From positions 1-64,000 of the forward strand of contig MQRK01221564.1 in assembly GCA_001938485.1 (NCBI GenBank): a stretch of DNA of 64,000 nucleotides, given 5' to 3'. The notes beneath the pieces were generated by a model that made no database searches, was not told where the DNA came from, and saw only the letters and a list, made by a program, of their open reading frames with translations. Shown here piece by piece: positions 36,903-51,020 of this stretch. The DNA comes from Girardia tigrina. Lineage: Eukaryota. Within the stretch, counting starts at the first letter, position 1; each line of letters begins with the position of its first letter. The position numbers and the translations under genes are program-made.

Positions 36903-38135
36903 GTGATTAATTTAGACGGATCACCCGTCATCATCAGAGAAAACAAGTAATGATCAAAACAACGTATATGTGGAAGCAATCATTGTATAATCAATTTATG
37001 TATTTGCTTTTTAATTAAATACTTTTAATAAATTGGTGGAGATCATCACTTGAACATTTATTTTAGGATTGTGGGTCCTGATTAATAAAGCTTCACACGC
37101 AACTCTCTCCCATAGTAATTTGCAAAATTTGAAAACAGAACTTTAAAATTATTTATCTCAAAACTACCTTTACATTTCTTTCTATGTTTAGCAATATCAC
37201 TACCACCATAAGTTCGACCGTGTTCTTGGAATTGTTTGCAGAGATGACAAGACGTCTCTTCAATGTATGTGGCATCACATGCATTACAAGTATATTGATA
37301 AACTTAATCCGAACACAGACCAAACGGAGTATCAGATTTATTGCTAAACATACTTTCAACTTTGTATGTTTGAGAAACTATCTTTAACCCTAGTGAATTA
37401 TTTATATAACATCGATTAATAGAATTTTTAAATTTCTTAAACCCTTCCGAATAAGGAACAGTTAGAACTAAACCTATTCTTCTTTCATTCAATTGAACAA
37501 TCTTATTAATAATATCGGAGTGACAATTATTAATTGAATAATTATTGTTAATCTCACAACTATTTACCTTAGAAATATCAAGTAATTTAATAATAGTTTC
37601 ATTTATTAATTTTTCAGTATAAGATTTTGAATAACCATTATTATTTAGTACGTTTGTTACCAAATTGATACTTTTATCAGATTTTTAAAAAAAGTAAATG
37701 ACAGAGATCACGATCAGAAAACTAAACATTTTATAATATTTCGATTATATTTAGGTTCACAGAAACTACTCAGGGTTTTAGATATACCCGTATCGGATTT
37801 TTTACGAAATATTTCTGTTTCAAAATATTAATGTTTCCTTTCTACCATTGTGTCCGAAAAGGATAGGTGACCATTGCATTCTTCTTCAATAGTAAATATC
37901 ATATTTAGATGCAAAGTATTCATGTAGTTTAAAAACGAAGGTACATGCTCAAGTTTCTCAAAAACTAAAAAATATATCATCTACATACCGTTTATAAAGT
38001 AATGGACTGCAACCAGAAAACAAATTATTTTTCTTCAATACGGGAAAGAAATATTGAAGCTAAAGTCGGTGCCAATGGAGACTCCATGGCTACACCATCT
38101 ATTTGTTTGTACAACTGATCATTAAAACGAAAATG
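36903..38135 (-). mobile_element. 5'-truncated decayed PLE with a mutated hammerhead
   Basis: [33 protein letters not shown]; CTGATGA-T-GACGG(GTGAT)CCGTC-TAAA-TTAA-TC at 36903-36940. Confidence 0.88.
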
Positions 38136-39017
38136 ACGACTGACGACTCGCATTCAATCCAATTGGACTCTTCACCGCGCCACTTGAGAGAACGGGAAAC
38201 TCCTGTCGGCTGTTACGAGAGCGAGTGCCTGAACCAGATCCAACCGAAACTTGGGCGTTCATGGAGTGCATAAATTACATCTCCGACCGGCGACACACCG
38301 CACGGTCAAGAGGTGCTAGCCATTTCACCTTTTAAAACTTTAAAAAAATAAAGTTGATTTTAAGTTTGCAATGAATATAATTATTATTAAGTAAATTAAA
38401 CGTATTAATAAAGTAAATTAAACATTTTTGAAAACCAATATCAGTTATTAAACAACAAATCTTGTATAAAATACTTTTGGATTCTGAATAATGATATGCA
38501 CAAGAACAATATCTTTGCCTAGGTTAGATCTAGATTCTTAACGTCTTTGTAGGTTTCATAAACTAATATTTGAAATTATAATTATCTTTTTTTTAAAAAG
38601 TTAAAAGGAATATAAAATTAATATGTTGTTGTACATTCAAAAGAGCTTTTTTTAATACAATATGATTCTTAAAGCTTAGAAATAGAGACAGTGTCTCGTT
38701 CAAATAGTTTGTGGTTCATCGACAACATATTTTATGCAATAAATATTTTCAAAATAAATATTTAAATATTTTAGGTAAACATAAAAATATTAATTAGTAA
38801 TACTTTTTATTAATAAGAATGTTTTGTTATTTATTTTAAATATTAAATCATTTTTATATCTAAAAAAATTGCTTTATGAAAATCCGTTTCCATCTGTTTT
38901 TGTCTTAAGGATTCTTAAAATTTTTATTTTGTTATTCTTATGTTAATTAAATTGATAAATAAATAATTAGTATTATTTACTCATGTGTAATGAAAGAGAT
39001 TATATAATTCAACCTAC

Positions 39018-39080
39018 GTAAAATGGCAAATTAATATACTGATAGTTTTTCTGAAACAAACTTTCCGCTTTTTTAATGTT
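39018..39080 (-). CDS. PGGHG: PGGHG short exon after a 50-nt intron
   Basis: ttttAG|NIKKAESLFQKNYQYINLPFY|GTAGGT; 63 nt; bridges GPAMTW to VWSE as in PGGHG homologues (PFxVWxE). Confidence 0.82.
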
Positions 39081-39130
39081 CTAAAAATAGTTAAAATATA
39101 ATTAATATTTTTACGATAAAAATAATAAAC

Positions 39131-39196
39131 TTTTAATTTGAACCAATTGATGGAATATATGGCCCATGTCATTGCAGGTCCGTTATCATCGGTCAC
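39131..39196 (-). CDS. PGGHG: PGGHG exon with the GPAMTW motif
   Basis: ttacAG|VTDDNGPAMTWAIYSINWFKLK|GTTTAT; 66 nt, phase 0. Confidence 0.88.
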
Positions 39197-42032
39197 CTGT
39201 AAGAAAGATAAGGAAATTATTTTTTTGAGCCAAGAAAATGTTAAAGAATTTTTATAAATATTGTTGCTGGATACATTTATAAACTCATCAAAATCTACTA
39301 CGTCTTTTGTTATTAATTAAAATGCTTCAGGAGATTTTTCCTGTTAAACATCGTTGGACAGCCGTTTTTGAAACAGACGACAAAATTCACGACCACCTGA
39401 TATTTATTATCTTACAGCAACCTTGCGGATTCCCATTTTGAAATATCCTAAGACCGTCAATTTCGACACTTGATATCTAAAACAGCACTCTGTTTAGTGA
39501 CCAATCTTGAAATTCTCTCGTTTTCAGTTCTGCCGGAGATCAGCAAGTTTGATTTCGAATTTCAGAGAGTCATAAATTCCTCGAAATCAGATTTTTTATT
39601 AAGTTTTTTATATGTTTGCTGAGTCATCTTTTTGTCTCTTTGTTTGTTCTGTTGGATTTTTTCAATCAATTTTTCACCCATTTTTTGGACTGATTGAGCT
39701 GAAATTTCGTCCAAATATGTAATTTGAATGACAATACATAAATTAAAATAATTAATTTATAATTGTGTATGTTTATCACTCATTCAAACTTTGATGGGTA
39801 TGAACTTGAAAACATATCGTGGACCACCAAAATTTTGATATTGACCGCAAGTGGTTCACCTGAATCATAATAAATAATAAAATTATTTAGACTAAACTGC
39901 AATCAAATCTTCTGTATTGGATATTTAGATTAATCATATACATCAACATAAAGATTTTGAAAATTATATTAAAACCTTTAGCAATACAAAAACCCTGTAT
40001 AACTTTAAGTATCCACAGAAACAGCTAAAACCATAAATGTTTATTGATAATAGCTGATACAAATGAACTTAGTCAGTTGTGCTCTGAGGGTTACCGTTTT
40101 GCTAAATAGTGCTGCATCAAATAAAATAGTTTCCGGCCAATGTTTACCAAGTTCTATGTCTCTTAAAGTACTCTTGTATTTAGAGTAATCAGCTGATTTC
40201 ACGTGAAGATGCTGGAGAGTTTATAAAAGTCTTCTGGTAATTTGGGAATGTGTAAGAATTTGTATATATACTGAAGTAGATTAAGGTTTGGAAGAATAAT
40301 AATATTTTTTAAATACAATGATTAAACTAACTTTTAAATTAACTTATTGTTTTAATAAAATTATGAATAAAAGTAGAGACCTTTGGTTTATTTTAACTGA
40401 CAAAATATTTTCGTAAAAAATAAATATCCTAAAATTTTAAAAATATTTACGGTATTTCGGTTTGATTTGCCGAGTCGTGTATAGGAGATGTACCTGTATA
40501 TTTGACAAACAAAATCGAATAATAAAATACGTGATCGTAGGAAAACATTGAAACATTGTCTTCATGAAGGAACAAATGAATAAAAGTAATTTTGGATCCA
40601 TGAAATTGTTGATTTACGAAACGAAGAATAATTTTTGGCACGTAATATTTTTTTAATTTTCAACTTAAATTTAATTATTTTTAATTCTGATCTCTGAGCG
40701 ATTCATTGATTATTTAATTATTTAATTTAATTTTTAATTTATTAAAGTGGGCAGTTGATCATATTCTCATTTTGTCAACTGATAATGATACATATTCGAG
40801 GATCACCGCAATCGTTTATACAGTCAAAACATTTGTTCCTTTTAACATTAATAGTTTCAACAAGATCCATATTGAGACTGATAAACAGATTTTAATACAA
40901 TTTAAAGCATTTTTATACATAGTTTTTAAAATAAATTTTTAAATATTCTGAAAGAGAGACTAAGACAAACTAACTAAATATAACACTAAATAAGAATCGC
41001 AATGAGTATGAAAATTTATGGACCAAAATCGAGACTTTGTTAGCAGTTTGGTCTTTTTATTTTGTTTTTCCATTTTATAACACTTGGACAACGTTTTTAA
41101 AATTGTTTTCTACCGTTGACAGAATTCATAGAAAAATAAATAAGGCAAAATTTAATTTCATGAAAGATCATTTTGAAAAGACAAAAAAATGAACATGCAT
41201 CTCAACATTTGCAGCTACCATTCTACTCCATACCCTTATTCCAACGAATCATCAAGTTAGTAAAGGCTTGTATGAAGAAAAAATATACAATGACTCTCAA
41301 GTTGTTTTTATTGTTCGTTCGAATGGTTTTTAACATATTTCAAAAGTAAAAATAAATCTGGATTTAATTACGGATGATTCACAAGTGTTAATCTTATATC
41401 AGTGGAGCAACTTTATTTGTAAACTGAGAAACATCTGGGCTCGCAAAAATAGGTAGAGTTGATTGTTGCGTCTTTCTTCGCAAAGTCAATATGCATGGCG
41501 CTCTTGTTGTTCTAGAACCTGGAAAGCATCATCATATGCCTCTGAATTGTCCTCGTCAAAATCTTAAAAAATGACTTCTCTCCTGACATTTTTACTCTTC
41601 TTTCATGTTTGATTTCAGTCAAGTACATACTTCGTGTGACCATCTTTAAACTCTCTCACCCAATATTTTTTCAGTTTCCACGAATAAGAAATCGTCGATA
41701 TATTTTGACTATCGATAATTTAAGACTTAGTTGGACATTTTCATCTGTAAAACTAAAAAAGAGGTAATATTCTGTACCTTTGATATCATGAATAAGACAA
41801 AAATTCAAAGTCATACTGAAATATTTTCCCTACTAATTGATAAAGTGAAAAATACAATATTTAAAACTTAGAAAGGTACACTGTAATTGCAATATTAAAT
41901 TGTCCTAACGCAATATTTCCAAGTCAGATTTGCTACTTATTAAATGGATGAAGTATATTTCGTTCAGTAATAATAATCTTAATATTCTTTTTTCCTTTTA
42001 TTTCAGAATTTATATAGAACACAATATGTCAT

Positions 42033-42422
42033 AGGGAGTAATATTTTGAATGGTGCTTATTGTATGCTGTTTCAGAATTGTGTTTCTCCCACCCATATGG
42101 AATATTTATATTTTGAAAGTTTTAAACCATTGGATATTTTGGACAATTTAAAAATGTAAATAACAACTTTGAATTTAAATTAATATATCTTAATTATAAA
42201 TAATATTTTTAAAATATTTTTTAAATTATTTAAAATTACTTTGTGATAGAAATTGTAAAATAAATTAAATTTGTTTAAATAATTAGATGTTTAGAAGCAA
42301 AATTTAAATTTATCAATCAAGAACGATGTCTAGACACGAAGGTTTTGTGAAGAACTCTCCTGGTGACATTTGGAGCTGTGATATCAATAAATGTAATGTT
42401 AATCGTATTAGTGTTCTTATTA
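42033..42422 (+). mobile_element. Diverged solo-LTR-like element (TG..TA family)
   Basis: Internal TGTGTTTCTCCCACCCA.ATGGAA box and 3' GTGTTCTTATTA; TSD eroded. Confidence 0.6.
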
Positions 42423-42559
42423 GTTGTGTATTCTTTGATATTAGATTAAAAAATATATTGAATATGTTTTAAAACCTAAATTTGTTATAATTTTTAATTG
42501 AAGCATTCAATTTAATTATATATTCGAAAATAATATATTTGAAAAATAATTTTTTAGAA

Positions 42560-43272
42560 CGCATGAGCGACAGCATGTACACAAATTAACATTATTAATG
42601 TTACATTGAAAATGTTATGTACACAAAAAGGTTTAAGAAAAGATTAAAAGCAGAAAAAATGAAGATCCTAAAGAAGTTCTTGAAATACCATATTCTGAAT
42701 AATTTGAAGCATTTAAGATTATTTGCAAGAATATGAGTATTGATTAAGTGGTTTCAATGGCATTCTAATTTCAATGTTTCCTCTCAAATAAATCGAAAAA
42801 CAATTTGTGGATTACCAGTTAATTTAGTTTATAAATTTAATTGTCACTGTTTAAAAACTGGTATATTGGAGAGACAAATTGTCATCTCGAAACGCTCATT
42901 TGTGAGCGTTAACAATTAAGTTGATCGAGTAAGGTTCTTGATCATTGGTTACACTGTACAAATGGAATCTCTTCTGTTTCAGTGGATAAGTTTCCTGTTT
43001 TACAGAAAGGCTCTGATTCATATTATGAACGGCAATTCTGTAAATCATTATTGATAAACCATTATTGATAAACATTTAAAATTGAAAAATAAGCCGTTTC
43101 AAATCTTAAAATATGTAATTAAATTTAAAATGATTTTGCTATTTGTATCCAATAATATTTTGAAAAATTAAAGATAAAAATAAATATATTCCGTTAAAAC
43201 TAACATTAGAATAAAACAAAAATCAAATTGGAATTGTTGACGATGGAGTTTGAAAGTTTGAAACATGTTTGA
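42560..43272 (+). mobile_element. Decayed PLE 3' fragment
   Basis: NLVYKFNCHC...YIGETNCHLETLICE; degenerate TTGACGA...GAAACATGTT at 43237-43269. Confidence 0.75.
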
Positions 43273-44242
43273 TAATCAATTTTACAAAATAAATTTTTAA
43301 AAAAAATTATTTTTCAAAAATATAAAATTAGCATTCACAAGACTTTATTTCGTTTATTATTATTTTATCTAATTATAATAAAATTTACAAACATCGAATT
43401 TTAGAATTTCTAAATCGATAAAAAAATGACTGATTATATATAAACATAACGGAATATTAAATCTATTAAATAGTCATTAAATTATATGGGTAAATGTCTT
43501 AAATTATATATGACACTGTTTTAATAAATAATATTATTCTACAATCCAAAATATAATGAAATATCTATAGATTTCAATTTCCTTTTTATTTCAGAGAAAA
43601 ATATTTCTTAATTCAGCAATGAAGGAAAATATTTTTATGACTTTTACAAGCAATTAAAATAGAGAACAAGAAATTTTCTAATTTGTTTAACAATTTACTT
43701 CAGAAAAGATTGTTGGTTTGTTTTAATTTTCATTTATTAGTTGTCTTTACGACTTGATCATCTTTGATGATTTAATTTGATAATTTTATGTCACTTTTTA
43801 TTTTCAGTATTCTATAATCAATTTCAAAAAAATAATTAAATTAATTTATTGAATTCTTTATTTGTTAATTAATTTTTTATAATATATATTTTTATTAAAA
43901 GGTTTTGCTTGAGAAAAACACCTATATACTTTCTTTGATAAAGATTTTCAGTGATATTATTTTTTATTCAGAGCGGAACAAAATAATTCAAAAAGATTTT
44001 ATTTATAAATAATGCAATTTAATGAAATTAATTTATTGAATTCTGTATTAATTAATTATTTATATTCTTCGATTTTATTGAAAATTATTGCTTGTGAAAA
44101 ATACCTTTAAACTTTCATTTTTAAATTTTGCAAATTAATTATTTTTTATTTTTTATACATAGAGGAACAAATTTATCGAAAAAGATTTTATTTATAAATT
44201 GTTAGTGTTATCCATTTAAAATAAAATGACAAATTCCAATTA

Positions 44243-45389
44243 TTAGGTGTACAAGTATGAAATGCGGATTAAATTTTGAAAAGAAATACGTTAAAAACAA
44301 AAGAACGATAAAAAAAGCTTTATTTAAAATATGCTCCATTACTAATGATACATTTGTCCNNNNNNNNNNNNNNNNNNNNNNNNNNTCGCCAGTAAAAGTC
44401 TTCCTTTTTTTCCATGAACCATTCATCGACCCATTTTTGCACATTTTCGTAAGAATCAAAGCGCTGCTGAGCAAGTGCGTGACCCATCGATGCAAACAAA
44501 TGGTAATCTGAAGGAGCCAAGTCTGGTGAATAAGCCGCATGAGGAAGAACTTCCCAATTCATTTCCACCAACCTGGCGCGAACCGGTTTTGATGTATGTC
44601 ACGAAGCGTTGTCATGGATAAGAATAACCTTGTGTTGCCTTTTGAGGTATTCAGGTCTTTTTTGAAGCAGAAAACGGTTTAAATCGACCAACTGTTGTTT
44701 GTAACGTTCAGTATTCACCGTTTCACCGGGTTTTAATAGTTCATAATAAATTACACCCTTCTGGTCCCACCAAACGCAGAGCATTGTCTTNNNNNNNNNN
44801 NNNNNNNNNNNNNNNNNNNNNNNNNNNNNNNNNNNNNNNNNNNNNNNNNNNNNNNNNNNNNNNNNNNNNNNNNNNNNNNNNNNNNNNNNNNNNNNNNNNN
44901 NNNNNNNNNNNNNNNNNNNNNNNNNNNNNNNNNNNNNNNNNNNNNNNNNNNNNNNNNNNNNNNNNNNNNNNNNNNNNNNNNNNNNNNNNNNNNNNNNNNN
45001 NNNNNNNNNNNNNNNNNNNNNNNNNNNNNNNNNNNNNNNNNNNNNNNNNNNNNNNNNNNNNNNNNNNNNNNNNNNNNNNNNNNNNNNNNNNNNNNNNNNN
45101 NNNNNNNNNNNNNNNNNNNNNNNNNNNNNNNNNNNNNNNNNNNNNNNNNNNNNNNNNNNNNNNNNNNNNNNNNNNNNNNNNNNGCGAATGCTCCCTGCTT
45201 GGCATAAATTTGGACATCTAAAACACAGAAATACAACAATTATTAAAACGCTTTATCAATTTATGAGTTACGTATGAGACACTACATAATTACTCAATAT
45301 TTATGACATCATTGCCTAAACATTGACCTACTTTTTGCATTGTGCACAATCCGTTTTCTGAAATCCGCATTTCATACTTGTACACCTAA
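44243..45389 (-). mobile_element. Mos1-like mariner (DD34D) with an in-frame stop; partly in gaps
   Basis: 28-bp TIRs TTAGGTGTACAAGTATGAAATGCGGATT with TA TSD; MLCVWWDQKGVIYYELL and HDNAS*...YSPDLAPSD. Confidence 0.93.
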
Positions 45390-46519
45390 TATATGATTTA
45401 TTAACTATAACACAAAATCAATAATCTCGACTATTTAATGGAGAAAATAGTGATGTTATAATGACTCACATTTTCAAAGCCTTTTCATTGGTTTACAATC
45501 TCAAAGACACATACTATCAACATACATTCAGCATACATTCAACATCAGACAAGTAACCCCTATTATTGTATCATCACAACTAACTTTACACAATCAATTT
45601 CATCAGCAATCACTCAATAATTATTACCCAATTAATCTTAGTTACATCTGTTAGTAACAAACAATATTGATTACATAACTATTCCTACTCATAGTTAGGA
45701 TCTCGGACGAACTTATAAATATTTAAAGATCTAAAATTAAACAAAATATGTAATATCAAAAGTGTATAATAATTAAAGTTAAAAATATGATTCCCAAAAC
45801 AAAAAAAATATTCAAATTCAAATAATCAATTTTTAAAAATAAAATGAAAAAGTAATGAAGGTTTTTTATATAAAAAAATTAATTTTTAGAATAATTTAAT
45901 TTTTCTAAAAAATGAATAAATTTAAACAATTATTTAAGAAATTAATTTTTAATTTATAATTTAATTTACTTAAAGTATAAAACAAAAATTAACTAAAATT
46001 ATATATCAATATTTATATTTAAAATAAGATATCTGGTTGTGCTAAAAATGAAACATTGTTTCTCAGAAGTTTGTTTAAAATATCATTGTTTGTTAGAAAA
46101 AAAGTTTTAGGAATTAATGAATCCTGATTTTAATTACGAACTCAACATAAATAATTCAGTTAATTTAAATTAATTCATTGAATTGTGTATATTTTTGAAT
46201 TAATTTATTTTCAAAGAAATTAAAAATTTTGAAATAAACTTTATACACTTTCTTTGATAAAGATTTTTTAAAAATATAATATTTATTTAGAAATAATTCA
46301 ATTTATTATCTTAATTATAATTCATGTAATCGTGTTTTTAATTTATATTGTTACAAATAAAAATTATTTCAAATTACAAAGTTTTATGACAAAAAATCTA
46401 ATTATTATAAAATATTACATTTCATTAATAATTAAATATATCATTTTGAAAATATAAATAAAAATGTTTGTATCATCATAAATTAATTTTTTTGTTTTAC
46501 AATTTTTTATAAAAAAAAG

Positions 46520-47015
46520 AATTTGATTCTTTCGGATTTATTAGGCTGAGGAAATAGTTTGTGCATGGATTAAAATTTTGATTTTTTACATATTTTTAAC
46601 GGTTTTTAAAGAATTTATCTAAAGATTTTACTGGGAGTAAATTGATCGAATTTACGATGCGCTTGTTGAAAATTATTCAAAACTTTGGCGTTTTCTTTGG
46701 TGTTTTCGCCTACTACCTGGGGAAAGTTGGCAACAAGATTAAAGAACTGGAAAATGTGAAGGTCTAAAGTCCATACTTCGTGTCATTTGACTACGGTTTC
46801 TTTCGATCAACGAAAGACGTTTTGAAAGTTCACAAATTCATTTTAACAAAGTCAAAAAATATGCAAATATTTGGCAGAAGGTTGTGAACAATGATATTCA
46901 TTATTTTGAAGAATAATTATTGTTTTTGAAAACATCTTGAAAAAAATCATTATTTTAACAGTGTGAAAGATATAAAATTTCATAACTAGATAAAAGAAAA
47001 CTTAAAGTCGCCTAA
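46520..47015 (+). mobile_element. Highly decayed mariner remnant
   Basis: The C-terminal WQKVVNNDIHYFEE is typical of mariner transposases. Confidence 0.45.
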
Positions 47016-47559
47016 TTATATTTTTATATATTTTGTTCATTTTAATGACTCTTAAAAGTAAAGTAGCTCATTGAGATCTGAATAAAAAGAATTTCTGACT
47101 TCTCACTTTACTCAGGAAACATCGGTAAAGAAATATTTATTTTATTTTAAACTGAAGTTTTAATGAGACTCATTTTGGATCACCGAATTTCTCTTTAATT
47201 TTGACATTTTTATAAATGATTTTTATTCGAATAAATGAAATTTAGATTTTTATTCGATCATTTTGTTTTTTTAAAATATATATTTTATTTTAAATAAAAT
47301 AATTTTTAATTAATTTAAACAATAAATTAATTTTATTTAAATGTTTAGTACAAATTAAAAATTTTTATATTTATATTTAGATTTATATTCTGAATATTTA
47401 TTTTTATGTCATGAAAACTTTGTCATTTAAAAAGGCATAAAATGCACACCTAAAAAATACACATATATTTACATATATTACATGACATTATTTGAATAAA
47501 TATTTGATAAAGCAATATTATGAAATCAGACACCAAATAGAACGTTTTTTAAATTTAGA

Positions 47560-48680
47560 AATTAAACAGACCAAGTAAAAATTGAAATCTTATGACTCAT
47601 TTTATTAATTTGTCCTTTGGGACTACTCGACTGGCCATGCGGCTTTGCTTTAGTCGAGTATCTCTTTGTCGGTATTTTATGTTTTGCCAGATAGTTACAT
47701 CCGATATCCCACTTGTCTGCTATGAAAGCATTCTCATTTTTATAAATAGTACTTGTCAGCACTGACCCTTCAAAATATTACTCTTTAGTATATCTTACCA
47801 ACTTCTGTGGTCCTCCTAAATTTCTGTTCTGTTACATAGATCATTTTTATTGCCACTGTTTCTGGGCCGCGGACCAAGTACATACTGAAAATGCCTCTGA
47901 AATTCGATTCCATCAATAAGATCAGGAATCCCATTTTCCATCACTACAAAATTTACCACTTTCTTTAGAGTTACTGATGTCGCTTCTAGCTGGACTTATT
48001 CTACAGTTATCAATCGGCTATCGTTGGCACATCGTAAATGTGAGGAATATTTGAAATTTGGTATTTGGCAATGTGTTTCTCCCACCCACATGGAAAATTG
48101 ATATTTTAGATGTTCATGATGAATAATTATTCGAGTATAATTTGCATTTTAAAGTACAGCATAAGATATTTAAGACTTTAAAAATATTAAATCGTTTCAA
48201 ATTTTAATATTAAAAATTTAAATAAAGTAAATAGCTTTTAACTAAGTTTTAAATTAAATAAATGTTAAATTAAATAAATAAATTAAATAAAATTAATATG
48301 TAAATAAAATTATTACTAAAATTACAAAATTTGAACTTTAAAAATAAAATCTGAAAATAATGAAAAATTTGTTTGAATATTTGTTTATTAAAAACATTAA
48401 ATAAAATTTATCAATTTTAGAACGATATCGAATTACGAAAGCTTGGCTGAGAGTTGTTCAAAAGACAATTCTAATTGTATTGAAAATAAAAGTTCGAAAA
48501 CCCATGTTAGTGTTCTTAATAGTAAATATACCTAGTAATTATCCAATACTACTTTCTGTAACCATTGAAAGATAGCCAAACTAATGGCATATATTGTGAC
48601 TCCGACATCCAAAAAAAGTTCAAACTTCTTTCTTTGTTAACTGAGTCGATTTCCAAGTAATTATTTTCTTCCATTTAAAA
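47560..48680 (-). mobile_element. Gypsy gag/pol remnant interrupted by a solo-LTR-like element
   Basis: AFIADKWDIGCNYLAKHKIPT parallels VFMKHEYDLGFTDIVVHKIET in the gypsy at 20966-21160. Confidence 0.55.
48039..48521 (+). mobile_element. Solo-LTR-like element (TG..TA family), 483 bp
   Basis: Perfect 5-bp TSD GTAAA at 48034-48038 and 48522-48526. Confidence 0.82.
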
Positions 48681-49184
48681 TTAAAAATAAAAATTGTTTT
48701 TAAGGATTTATATCTATGAGTCAAATAAATTTATTTAAACAAATAATTTCAACAATTTTTGATAATGTTTTAGTATTTAATTTTATTATGATTCAAATTA
48801 GCGACCATTTTCCAACAAAAACCAAATCCTTTGAACATTCAAGATACAATTATTAAAAATTATTGTCGATAATTTAAAAAGAATTCCAAAAGACATATTC
48901 AGATAAAATAAACATTTCTTGTGTAATTAATGTAGAAAAATAATGTTTATTTTATCTAGGATGTCATCTATTTCTATTTGAATATATTTAATGAAGAGGT
49001 TGATTGTGAGGCTTGAATACTAATTTTTGGATCAATCGACCTTATAAGTGAGGCTTCACTTCAAATGACAATTCAATTTCTTTTGGTCTTAGAAAAATTT
49101 CAGATATTAAATTTTTTAGTGTTTTTCAAAGTGTTTAAGAATAAGTCAAATCTTCACCTAAAAAATATAAATAATAAATAATAC

Positions 49185-49285
49185 CTTTTCGTAATATGTT
49201 TGACTATTTATCTCAAAATCAAAAGGGATTTCGATTTGAAGAGGGTAAGAAAGAAGCATCACATCAGCCTGCTTTATTACCGTAC
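49185..49285 (-). CDS. PGGHG: PGGHG exon with the KQAD motif (not in the ORF track)
   Basis: tttAG|GT ACG... reads GTVIKQADVMLLSYPLQIEIPFDFEINSQTYYEK|GTATTA. It is 101 nt, phase 1 to 0, and matches the GH65 VVKQADVVLLGYP motif. Confidence 0.9.
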
Positions 49286-49644
49286 CTAAATGGGAAAAAT
49301 ATATTTTTACTAAATAATAAAACTAAAATAATTATAAATTAAAGTAGAAAAAATTGTTTTTTCAAATAAAATAAATTCATTTTTTACTGCTTAAATATGT
49401 GTTTAGAAAAAGAACAGTAAACTATGTTAAATGATTTCGAAAAGAATCACTTCATTGAAATCAAATTAGGTTTTAAATTGAAGAAAAAAACTTATTAAAT
49501 TTCTGTTTACAAATAATAAAATTGATAGAAATTAGTACAAATATTGTAAGAAATAAATTTAGTTATTTAAATTTATTGATAAAACGAAATCGGGATGAAA
49601 ATTTTCTTTTATTAACCAAAGTCATCCATTTAAAAATATATTTT

Positions 49645-49687
49645 ACGACAATATATTTCGACGGATCTACCGTCATCTTCAGGTCAC
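49645..49687 (-). ncRNA. Minimal hammerhead ribozyme, intact core, sense to PGGHG pre-mRNA
   Basis: GTGAC-CTGAAGA-T-GACGG(TAGAT)CCGTC-GAAA-TATA-TT^GTCGT. Confidence 0.75.
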
Positions 49688-50702
49688 TAATTAATAATCA
49701 ATTCACCTGTATATAAATACAAAAATGGTGATTATGTAATCGATTGCATGAAATCATTCTAATCAAAAATTCTCAATAAGCTGGTTGAGACTGCCGATTG
49801 AACATTGATTTTAGGCCAACGTGACCTAATTAACAATGCTTCACACGACACTCTCTCCCAATAACTGTCAAAATGCTTACACAGAATTTTGAAATTATCA
49901 AAATTAACATCACATTTACATTTTTCCTATGTTCTGCAATATTACTCTTACTCTCTTTTCGATCATGTTCTTGAATTCATTTACAGGGATGACGGGCAGT
50001 CTCTCCAATGATTGTGGCATCGCACCCATTACATTTATATTCATAAACAATATCAGAACAAAGTGTTAAAGGTGTAATAGATTTATTACTGAACATATTT
50101 TGAATTTTATGAGATCGTGATATAATTTTTAAATTTAATTCATTGTTAGTTGCTTTTAACAATGCATTTTTAAAATTTTTAAATCCTTCAGAATAAGGTA
50201 CAATTAAACAATATTTAGGCATATTATTAATATCTAATGATCCTTCGATTTCTTTCTTAGATTCATCAGGAGAAACCAAACTCTGTTTTTTTGAAAAATC
50301 TATTAAAAGTATTTTATCTACTGTTTCCTTTATTAATTTTTCTAGAAAAGATTCAGAATAACCATTATGATTAAACAAAGAACTTAATTTATTAACACTA
50401 TCTACAGATTTAACAAAAGTGGAAGACAACGACCAGGAGCGATAAATTAAACCTTTAATCATGTTTCTTTTATACTTAAGTTCACAAAAACTATCTGGTG
50501 AAGTATATAAACCTGTATCAGTTTGCTTCCTATAAATTCCATTGTGAAGCATTGTTAATTAGGTCACGTTGCCCTAAAATCAATGTTCAATCGGCAGTCT
50601 CAACCAGCTTATTGAGAATTTTTGATTAGCATGATTTCATGCAATTGATTACATGATCATTATTTTTGTATTTATATACAGGTGAATTGATTATTAATTA
50701 GT

Positions 50703-50741
50703 GACCTGAAGATGACAGTAGATCCGTCGAAATATATTGTC
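50703..50741 (+). ncRNA. Hammerhead copy in the inverted pLTR (one stem II mismatch)
   Basis: GAC-CTGAAGA-T-GACAG(TAGAT)CCGTC-GAAA-TATA-TT^GTC. Confidence 0.7.
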
Positions 50742-50986
50742 TTGAAATGTATTTTTAATGGATGAGTGTTGCTATTTAAATTTAATTTAATTAATTTATT
50801 GAAATACGTTTTCAAAGGTTTTATTTATATTTTACCTCTCTTATTTTGTTTATAAAAAAAAGAAGCATCAATAAATTGTTTGATTTTGAAACGATATAAA
50901 AAATGTTTAAAAAACCTTTCAGTATTAATATTAATATAAAATGCGAAGGTCAATAACTATATAACTGTTTTCATTGCATTTTCAAA

Positions 50987-51010
50987 CCCTAACTCTAACC
51001 TTAACCCTAA
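50987..51010 (-). repeat. Four degenerate telomere-like hexamers
   Basis: CCCTAA CTCTAA CCTTAA CCCTAA. Confidence 0.6.
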
Positions 51011-51020
51011 CAAGGTAAAT

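Larger units (their letters stand above)
49622..50765 (-). mobile_element. 5'-truncated PLE with an inverted pseudo-LTR
   Basis: YRKQTDTG...DIVYEYKCNGCDATIIGETARH; 49622-49844 is an inverted repeat of 50543-50765, and each arm has a hammerhead. Confidence 0.9.

Noticed and set aside
41440-41720. Possible Harbinger transposase N-terminus (KKYWVRE...)
   Set aside because: Too decayed; no TIRs or catalytic motif.
44599-44601. Recoded TGA in the mariner transposase
   Set aside because: A single nonsense mutation in a dead copy is simpler; other ORFs use TGG for Trp and TGA as stop.
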